Of a DNA stretch of 24,000 nucleotides, positions 17,518 to 24,000 are shown piece by piece (position 1 is the stretch's first letter; each line of letters opens with the position of its first letter). Location of the stretch: the NCBI GenBank assembly GCA_020692205.1, contig JAIMKV010000018.1:594-24593 (forward strand), read 5' to 3'. Below the pieces are notes generated by a model. It was given only the letters and a program-made list of their open reading frames with translations. It was not told where the DNA came from and ran no database searches. Source of the stretch: Myxosarcina sp. GA_180221_E-2-1-MAG-40_15 (GTDB taxonomy: Bacteria; Cyanobacteriota; Cyanobacteriia; Cyanobacteriales; Xenococcaceae). A program made the position numbers and the translations under genes.

Positions 17518-18756
17518 ATGTTAGTCCAAGCAGAAACTACTCAAGCAGACTCCCTTAATCTCGATTGCGACATAGCCATTGTTGGCGGTGGCATTGTGGG
17601 GACAACTCTAGCAGCAGCACTAAAAGATTCTGGTCTAAAGATCATTTTGATTGAAGCTCGACCCCCAGAGGTAACGACAGCTAAAACCCAAGCTTATGCT
17701 CTTTCTCCTTTATCTAGTCGTATTTATCAAGGAATGGGTATATGGCAAAATATATTTCCCTACATTGGTAAATATCAGCATATAAGTCTGACTGATGCCG
17801 ATTATCCTCAGCAAGTTAAGTTCGAAACTAAAGATTTGCCAGGAGAATACTTGGGTTATGTGGCGCAGCACAACGTACTTATTACTGCCCTACACGAATA
17901 TTTGGTAGACTGTCCTAACGTTACCTGGCTTTGTCCAGCAGAGGTGATTAATCTAACTACAGATCAAGATGTTTCAACGCTAGAAGTAAGAGTTAATGGA
18001 GAACAACATTTAATCAAAACTAAACTGGTTGTGGGTGCAGACGGAGCGAGATCGCCGATTCGCCATTTAGCAAAAATCAAAACTCGGGGTTGGAAATATT
18101 GGCAATCCTGTGTGGCATTTACCATTAAGCATAACGCTCCCCAAAACAACACTGCTTTTGAACGTTTTTGGCCAACTGGTCCGATGGGAATACTACCTTT
18201 GCCCGAAAACCACTGTCAAATTGTTTGGACATACCCCCATGCCCAAGCTAAAGCTTTAGCTGAACTAAATGAGTCGGCTTTTTTAGCTAAACTACAGACC
18301 TGCATCGGTGGTGTTTTAGGCGATTTAGAATTAGTCAGCGAACGTCTGGTGTTCCCAGTCCAGCTAATGCAGTGCGATCGCTATATCAAGTCCCGTCTGG
18401 CTTTAATCGGTGATGCGGCTCACTGCTGTCATCCCGTTGGCGGACAAGGTTTGAACATGGGTATTCGAGATGCTGCTAGTTTAGCCCAGGTACTACAGAC
18501 TGCTCATGAGCAAGGACAGGATATCGGTACAGTCAAAGTTCTCAAACGCTATGAAGGCTGGCGACAACGGGAAAATTTAGCCATACTCGGCTTTACTGAT
18601 TTATTAGATCGGATGTTTTCTAATAATTGGTTGCCAGTAGTCGTTCTGCGCCGTCTGGGATTATGGCTGATGAGCTATTTGCAACCCCTAAGAATTTTTG
18701 CTCTGCGACTCATGACAGGTTTACTAGGTAGAACGCCCAAGTTAGCTCAACGCTAG
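17518..18756 (+). CDS. FAD-dependent hydroxylase, UbiH/UbiF/COQ6 family
   Basis: 412 aa; CDIAIVGGGIVGTTLAAALKDSGLKIILIEA, VGADGARSPIR, ALIGDAAHCCHPVGGQGLNMGIRDAASLAQVL. Confidence 0.9.
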   Translation: MLVQAETTQADSLNLDCDIAIVGGGIVGTTLAAALKDSGLKIILIEARPPEVTTAKTQAYALSPLSSRIYQGMGIWQNIFPYIGKYQHISLTDADYPQQVKFETKDLPGEYLGYVAQHNVLITALHEYLVDCPNVTWLCPAEVINLTTDQDVSTLEVRVNGEQHLIKTKLVVGADGARSPIRHLAKIKTRGWKYWQSCVAFTIKHNAPQNNTAFERFWPTGPMGILPLPENHCQIVWTYPHAQAKALAELNESAFLAKLQTCIGGVLGDLELVSERLVFPVQLMQCDRYIKSRLALIGDAAHCCHPVGGQGLNMGIRDAASLAQVLQTAHEQGQDIGTVKVLKRYEGWRQRENLAILGFTDLLDRMFSNNWLPVVVLRRLGLWLMSYLQPLRIFALRLMTGLLGRTPKLAQR

Positions 18757-18993
18757 GTACATTGAGTAATCTAGACCAATTGAGCATTTATTTAGTCAAG
18801 AACAGAGTTTAATCTTATTTCTACGTCTGAACCGTTGATCATCATCCTACTTGGTCAGTTTGAGAATTGCGATCAATGTTATTATCAGAAATTGTAATCA
18901 AGGCACAATTACAGCTTAAAGCTTGGAAAAAAACCTTTATTTTCCAGTAATTTTAATTATCAGTAACTAACTACAAACAGAAGCTCGCACACT

Positions 18994-20298
18994 ATGATTC
19001 ACGATATATTCATGCCCGCCCTCAGTTCCACAATGACCGAAGGTAAGATTGTTGAGTGGACTAAATCCCCTGGAGACAAAGTAGAAAAAGGGGAAACGGT
19101 CTTAGTAGTTGAGTCGGACAAAGCCGACATGGACGTTGAATCTTTTAACGAAGGCTATCTGGCAGTTATCTTAGTCGAGGCGGGACAAGAAGCTCCAGTG
19201 GGCAGTGCGATCGCTCTAGTAGCCGAAACTGAAGCTGAAATTGAATCAGCTAAAAAACAAGCGGTGGATTATGCCAAAGGTGGAAGCAAACCCGAACAAG
19301 CAGCCCCCGTAGCAGTTACCGCACCAGTAGAAGTTAGTACTGCTACCGCATCTAGCAATGGTAGTAGCTCTGGCAGAACTATTGCTTCTCCCAGAGCGAA
19401 AAAATTGGCTAAACAGTTGGGTGTGGACTTAAAAACTATTCAGGGAAGTGGTCCTTATGGCAGAATTACTGCGGGTGATGTAGAACAGGCATCAGGCAAA
19501 CCGATAAGCTCTCCTGCTGCAACTCCTATCGGCGTTGTTCCTCAGGCTACTGCTAACTCTGCACCTGCTGTGGTGGCTGCTAGCGTTACTCCCTCAACTC
19601 CTGCTGCCCCAGTCAATGTTACTTCTGGTGAAACTGTACCCCTTAACACTTTGCAAAAAGCGGTGGTACAGAACATGATGGCAAGCTTGCAAGTGCCTAT
19701 TTTTCATGTTACCTACACGATTACTACCGATGCTTTAGATCGACTTTATCAGCAGATCAAACCCAAAGGTGTTACGATGACGGCTTTATTAGCCAAGGCG
19801 ATCGCCATTACCTTACAAAAACATCCTGTAGTTAATGCTGGCTATACTCAGGACGCTATTAGCTATAAGTCTGAAATTAATATTGCTGTAGCAGTAGCTA
19901 TGCCCGATGGTGGTCTAATTACTCCTGTACTGCGTAATGCTGACCAAATGGATATCTATTCTCTGTCTCGCAGTTGGCAAGATTTAGTCGCTCGTGCCAG
20001 ATCAAAACAACTAAAACCCGAAGAATATACGACTGGAACATTTACTCTGTCTAATTTGGGAATGTTTGGCGTAGATAGTTTCGATGCTATTTTACCACCT
20101 GGACAAGGCTCAATTTTAGCCGTTGGTGGTTCAAAACCGCAGTTGGTGGCTGATGATCGGGGCATGATGGGAGTCAAACGCCAGATGAAGGTTAATATTA
20201 CTGCCGATCACCGCATTATCTATGGCGCACAGGCAGCAGCGTTTTTAAAAGATTTAGCTAGTCTAATTGAAACTGACGCTCAATCTTTGACGCTTTGA
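18994..20298 (+). CDS. pdhC: Pyruvate dehydrogenase complex E2, dihydrolipoamide acetyltransferase
   Basis: 434 aa; single lipoyl domain (ESDKADMDVESF), E3-binding domain (ASPRAKKLAKQLGVDLKTIQGSGPYGRITAGDV), catalytic TLSNLGMFGVDSFDAILPPGQGSILAVG and TADHRIIYGAQAA. Confidence 0.94.
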   Translation: MIHDIFMPALSSTMTEGKIVEWTKSPGDKVEKGETVLVVESDKADMDVESFNEGYLAVILVEAGQEAPVGSAIALVAETEAEIESAKKQAVDYAKGGSKPEQAAPVAVTAPVEVSTATASSNGSSSGRTIASPRAKKLAKQLGVDLKTIQGSGPYGRITAGDVEQASGKPISSPAATPIGVVPQATANSAPAVVAASVTPSTPAAPVNVTSGETVPLNTLQKAVVQNMMASLQVPIFHVTYTITTDALDRLYQQIKPKGVTMTALLAKAIAITLQKHPVVNAGYTQDAISYKSEINIAVAVAMPDGGLITPVLRNADQMDIYSLSRSWQDLVARARSKQLKPEEYTTGTFTLSNLGMFGVDSFDAILPPGQGSILAVGGSKPQLVADDRGMMGVKRQMKVNITADHRIIYGAQAAAFLKDLASLIETDAQSLTL

Positions 20299-20468
20299 CA
20301 CAAGCGATCGCCTTTTAGTTTCATAGTTAAAATTTAAAATTGTGCTAATTAGTATAGGCGAAGCAGATCTGGTTCTGTCTTTTTGCTTATACTAAGCTGA
20401 TAAATGCAAATAATAACTAAAGGCTGAATAATAATAGCCTGTACAGTTCAATTGACGAGTAAACCAAA

Positions 20469-20897
20469 ATGAGCGAGCGGTTTCTCTACGAAAAATCTGT
20501 AGCATATCAGGAATGTTTAATTATTCCCTTTGTTTTCCGCTGCATTGATAGTCAAAATATCTATTCTTATTCTCTCCTATCAGAGCAGGGTTACACTAGC
20601 ATCTTACATCAAGCGGAAAATCCTGCCAGGTTATATTCTAATGAGCTACAAGGCATTGTGGCGATCGCCAAACAGCATTTAGATAGCCAAATTATCTTGG
20701 AAGGATCGCACTATTTTCAACAGCGTTACACTTATCATCACAATCTAATTGTAATCCATCAACAAGCTAACAAGTGTTTTTATGATCACTACGCCCCAAA
20801 CAAGTTAGTCAACATCGCTGCCCCTAAAGTATTTAGTTGTCCTTCAGACTGCATCGCTTGGGTTAAGTGGGGACTACAGCGCAGCCAAAATAATTAA
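20469..20897 (+). CDS. Hypothetical 142-aa protein
   Basis: Intact ORF converging with, and overlapping by 4 nt, the DUF2288 gene; no recognised domain. Confidence 0.6.
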   Translation: MSERFLYEKSVAYQECLIIPFVFRCIDSQNIYSYSLLSEQGYTSILHQAENPARLYSNELQGIVAIAKQHLDSQIILEGSHYFQQRYTYHHNLIVIHQQANKCFYDHYAPNKLVNIAAPKVFSCPSDCIAWVKWGLQRSQNN

Positions 20898-21184
20898 TGT
20901 GCTTCTTTGACAATTACAAAAGGCTGGACAATCAAAGCCGTAAATTCTTTTTGCGGTGTCTGATTCCAGTTGGTCAGTTGTTTTGAAGTTGGCTTCGCAA
21001 TGAATTGTTCGCCAATCCATCGCTGCACGAAAGGGGTGTTGTCTTGCGCGATCGCTACTGCTACTTCCGAAAGATCTAACTCATCTTTAACTACAATAAT
21101 GGCATCTCTTTTGGCGTGAGGCTGTAAGTCTTGCCAAGAAATATTGGCAACATCTTGTTCTAGTTTCTCTTTTAAATTTGACAT
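20894..21184 (-). CDS. DUF2288 domain-containing protein
   Basis: 96 aa; LEQDVANISWQDLQPHAKRDAIIVVKDELDLSEVAVAIAQDN…VQRWIGEQFIAKP characteristic. Confidence 0.85.
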   Translation of the reverse strand: MSNLKEKLEQDVANISWQDLQPHAKRDAIIVVKDELDLSEVAVAIAQDNTPFVQRWIGEQFIAKPTSKQLTNWNQTPQKEFTALIVQPFVIVKEAH

Positions 21185-21370
21185 AGTAAATTGGCTTGCT
21201 ATCTACTTCCAATTATCTTAAGTCTCTGTTGGAAAATTTAGCAAATTGGCTATCTGTTTTTTAAGTTATCAGTTTATTGAATCGGACACAGATCACTAAA
21301 GCTGAGTGATAACCGTACTGTAAAACCAGAACGAAAATACCATAAAATATAGATGTAAGCAATTACACAT

Positions 21371-21431
21371 CGTTCATCTCTCTAACCACAAATTAGCAAG
21401 ACGGAAGTAGGAGAAATCTCTCGAAGGAACG
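21371..21431 (+). promoter_or_regulatory. Glutamine riboswitch candidate (glnA RNA motif)
   Basis: CGTTCATCTCTCTAACCACAAATTAGCAAGACGGAAGTAGGAGAAATCTCTCGAAGGAACG: P1 CGTTC/GAACG, P2 CTAA/TTAG, conserved core GACGGAAGTAGG…GAAGGAACGC, P3 GAGA/TCTC. Confidence 0.88.
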
Positions 21432-21467
21432 CACTGTACAAAGTTTATCTTGAGAGGCAACTATAAT

Positions 21468-21590
21468 ATGGATATAGCTAACATCGATTTATTCTGGCTA
21501 CTAAGCATTGTAACTATTTTTACGGCGATTATGTCTCCCACACTTTGTTGGGTTCTAACAGCTAAACATCGTTCAATCAAAGCTCAGTAA
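21468..21590 (+). CDS. 40-aa single-TM microprotein downstream of the riboswitch
   Basis: MDIANIDLFWLLSIVTIFTAIMSPTLCWVLTAKHRSIKAQ*; putative SD GAGAGG ~10 nt upstream; terminator hairpin follows; not in the supplied ORF track. Confidence 0.75.
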   Translation: MDIANIDLFWLLSIVTIFTAIMSPTLCWVLTAKHRSIKAQ

Positions 21591-21609
21591 ATACAACAAT
21601 AGACTGCCA

Positions 21610-21634
21610 AAGGGGGTGGGAATATTACCCCCTT
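21610..21634 (+). terminator. Rho-independent-type terminator hairpin
   Basis: AAGGGGGT GGGAATATT ACCCCCTT followed by GTTTG, directly after the 40-aa ORF. Confidence 0.7.
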
Positions 21635-21668
21635 GTTTGATGAATGTTCAGACAATCTATTTCCAGAC

Positions 21669-22940
21669 TCATTTTAAGCTGGCGATTTTCAACTTCAACT
21701 CTTCTACCATATCTAATAAATTGCTTTGAGTGATCGCCTGTTGTTCTCCTGATGCCAACCATTTTAAGTTAACCGTGTTACTTTGCGCCTCCGCATCACC
21801 TAAAATTAAACAGGCAACTGCACCACTGCGATCAGCTCTTTTAAACTGTTTACCAAAAGCACTACTGCTTAAATCTAGTTCGACTCTCAAGCCTAAGTTA
21901 CGTAACTTCTGCGCCAAGATTAATCCTTGTGCTTCTGCTGCTTCACCACGAGAAATAATATACATATCAGGAATATTAACTAGATTAGATTCTAGCTGTT
22001 GCAACAGCAATACTAATCTTTCCATGCCAATTGCCCAACCTACCGCTTGGGTTTCAGGGCCGCCTAGTTCTTTTACCAAACCGTCATAGCGTCCACCACC
22101 ACATACTGTTGCCTGGGCGCCCAAGTCATCGGATTTGATTTCAAAAGCAGTGTGGGTATAGTAGTCCAAACCCCTCACGAGGCAGTGATTGATCTGATAC
22201 TTAATCTTCAAGTCAGTTAATAACTGCAACACCAGATCAAAGTGTTTTTTTGATTCTGTACTCAGATTCTCACTAATTTTAGGCGCATTTTGAGCAATTT
22301 CTTGGGTTTTAGGGTCTTTACTATCTAATATGCGTAGAGGATTACGGGTTAATCGATCTTGTGAATCTGGGTCTAAATCACCTTGATAGGGTTCGAGATA
22401 GCTAATCAAAGCTTCGCGATATTGAGCGCGATCTTGACTATTTCCTACCGAATTGATCTCCAACTCCAAATTTTTCAGACCCAAAGTTCGCAAAATATCA
22501 GTAGCCAAGGCGATAACTTCTACATCTGCACGAGGAGCATCACAACCTAACAATTCCAGCCCAACCTGATGAAACTGACGCTGACGACCAGCTTGTGGAC
22601 GTTCATAACGAAACATTGGGCCAGAATACCACAGTCGCTGTACACCTCCTTGGGCATGAAGCTTATTTTGAATATAAGCTCTGACTACTCCTGCCGTACC
22701 TTCCGGTCTGAGGGTAATAGACTTATCTCCTCGACTACTAAAGGTATACATCTCTTTCCCTACCACATCAGTAGCTTCTCCAATTCCCCGCTCAAATAAT
22801 GCCGTCTGCTCAAAAATAGGCACACGAATCTCTTGATATACTGCCCGACTCAGTATTTCCCTTACCGTTGCTTCAATTAACTGCCAGTATCCAACTTCCT
22901 CTGGCAGAATATCTCTTGTTCCTCTTAATGCTTGAATCAT
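21669..22940 (-). CDS. hisS: Histidyl-tRNA synthetase
   Basis: 423 aa; ALRGTRDILPEE, TLRPEGTAGVVRAYI, GPMFRYERPQAGRQRQFHQVGLE, VRGLDYYTHTAFE, CGGGRYDGLV. Confidence 0.97.
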   Translation of the reverse strand: MIQALRGTRDILPEEVGYWQLIEATVREILSRAVYQEIRVPIFEQTALFERGIGEATDVVGKEMYTFSSRGDKSITLRPEGTAGVVRAYIQNKLHAQGGVQRLWYSGPMFRYERPQAGRQRQFHQVGLELLGCDAPRADVEVIALATDILRTLGLKNLELEINSVGNSQDRAQYREALISYLEPYQGDLDPDSQDRLTRNPLRILDSKDPKTQEIAQNAPKISENLSTESKKHFDLVLQLLTDLKIKYQINHCLVRGLDYYTHTAFEIKSDDLGAQATVCGGGRYDGLVKELGGPETQAVGWAIGMERLVLLLQQLESNLVNIPDMYIISRGEAAEAQGLILAQKLRNLGLRVELDLSSSAFGKQFKRADRSGAVACLILGDAEAQSNTVNLKWLASGEQQAITQSNLLDMVEELKLKIASLK

Positions 22941-22975
22941 TGATTGCTTAGTGACATCCTCCCACTCATCTTTAG

Positions 22976-23854
22976 CTAATTTAACTGATGTCCAGTTAGC
23001 TCCACAAAAATATCTTCCAAATTAGAATCACGGATCATCACCCCACTTTTATCGTTCAAAGATTCTAAATAAGTGTTAGCTGCTTTTGTGTCTGGAAAAA
23101 ACTGACTTTCTAATTGATCACCTGTTTGCTGAAGCGCGATCGCTTTGCCATATTGAGTACGAAACTGCTCTAGCGTTCCTAATCCAATCAGTTTACCAGT
23201 ATCCATAATACCGATGCGTCCTGGTTTGCCGTTACCCGAACGTTCGCACAGGAATTCTACCTCATCCATATAGTGACTGGTAATTATAATAGTCATTCCT
23301 TTACGGTTTAAATCCTGAATAATTGACCACAGGCGACGGCGAGTTTGAGGATCTAAACCCACTGTTGGTTCGTCTAAAAACAAAATATTTGGTTCATGAA
23401 GTAACGCCCTGGCAATTTGTAAACGACGTTTCATCCCACCAGATAAAGTTTTGACTAAAGAATTACGGCGATCGCTCAAGCCGACATATTCTAGCCAAAG
23501 ATTGATTCGCTTTTGTCTTTCGGGGTTAGCAATGTGGTGCATTCTGCCGTGGAATTCTAAATTTTCCCAAACAGATAATTCTCCATCAACACTAATTTGT
23601 TGCAAAACAACGCCAATACTTCTTTTGACCAAATTGCGATGGCGCGATACGTCATACCCTGCAACCTCAATTTTGCCTTTATTTGGCTCGCTCAGCGTGA
23701 TTAACATCCGAATTGTAGTTGATTTTCCCGCTCCATTTGGGCCTAAAAGACCAAATATTTCTCCTTGTTCTATAGTCAAAGAAAGATTGTCAACCACCAA
23801 GTTTTTATTGTATGTTTTGCCAACATTTGATAATGTTACCGCTGCATTGTTCAT
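22976..23854 (-). CDS. ABC transporter ATP-binding protein (DrrA/CcmA-like)
   Basis: 292 aa; Walker A GPNGAGKSTT, signature LSGGMKRRLQIARAL, Walker B NILFLDEPTVGLDPQTRR; permease not in window. Confidence 0.92.
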   Translation of the reverse strand: MNNAAVTLSNVGKTYNKNLVVDNLSLTIEQGEIFGLLGPNGAGKSTTIRMLITLSEPNKGKIEVAGYDVSRHRNLVKRSIGVVLQQISVDGELSVWENLEFHGRMHHIANPERQKRINLWLEYVGLSDRRNSLVKTLSGGMKRRLQIARALLHEPNILFLDEPTVGLDPQTRRRLWSIIQDLNRKGMTIIITSHYMDEVEFLCERSGNGKPGRIGIMDTGKLIGLGTLEQFRTQYGKAIALQQTGDQLESQFFPDTKAANTYLESLNDKSGVMIRDSNLEDIFVELTGHQLN

Positions 23855-24000
23855 TGATATTTACAATTTTTATCTAGAAACCAAAAAACAATTATCAAAG
23901 ATAATGCTATTATCTTTTCAAGCCATTTTATTAATACTGCTAACAACAACTTGATTCAATCTTTAAACTTATAAACGAGATTAATAGCTAGAATTATTAG

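Noticed and set aside
16311-18152. Minus-strand ORFs 16311..16553 (listed +) and 17964..18152 inside crtD and ubiH-like genes
   Set aside because: Embedded in strong CDSs and lacking recognisable motifs.
19956-20177. Minus-strand ORF in pdhC
   Set aside because: Antisense of the conserved E2 catalytic domain; no independent evidence.
21730-22799. Plus-strand ORFs 21730..22089 and 22569..22799 opposite hisS
   Set aside because: Antisense to a housekeeping gene; sequence looks like reverse-complement noise.
23451-23954. 167-aa plus-strand ORF opposite the ABC ATPase
   Set aside because: Mostly antisense to conserved ATPase motifs; no domain recognised.
1-24000. CRISPR arrays, rRNA or tRNA genes, IS elements
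   Set aside because: No regularly spaced repeats, no recognisable rRNA or tRNA sequence, and no transposase ORF seen while reading.

Overview
This is a cyanobacterial chromosomal window, judged by frequent HIP1 (GCGATCGC) sites, a psbX microgene and Ycf66/CrtD-type genes. Most of it is housekeeping or conserved: glpK, ycf66-like, psbX, YggT/Ycf19, accC, a soluble lytic transglycosylase (slt), a CocE/NonD hydrolase, a small lipoprotein, a CrtD-like carotenoid desaturase, a UbiH-type hydroxylase, pyruvate dehydrogenase E2, DUF2288, hisS and an ABC ATPase. Two parts stand out. (1) A compact four-gene operon at 8689-13385 looks like a Zorya-type anti-phage system: a MotA-like ZorA with a long coiled-coil tail, an OmpA/MotB-like ZorB, and an EH-signature/ZorC-like protein. 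No ZorD helicase or ZorE nuclease is present, and an uncharacterised 114-aa protein leads the operon. The cassette is bracketed by a diverged direct repeat of the slt 3' end (8365-8444 and 13422-13501), which suggests a ~5.06-kb unit inserted at the end of slt. (2) A glutamine-riboswitch-like (glnA RNA) aptamer at about 21371-21431 lies 36 nt upstream of an unlisted 40-aa single-TM microprotein at 21468-21590. Homology calls come from motif recognition only; no database search was run.
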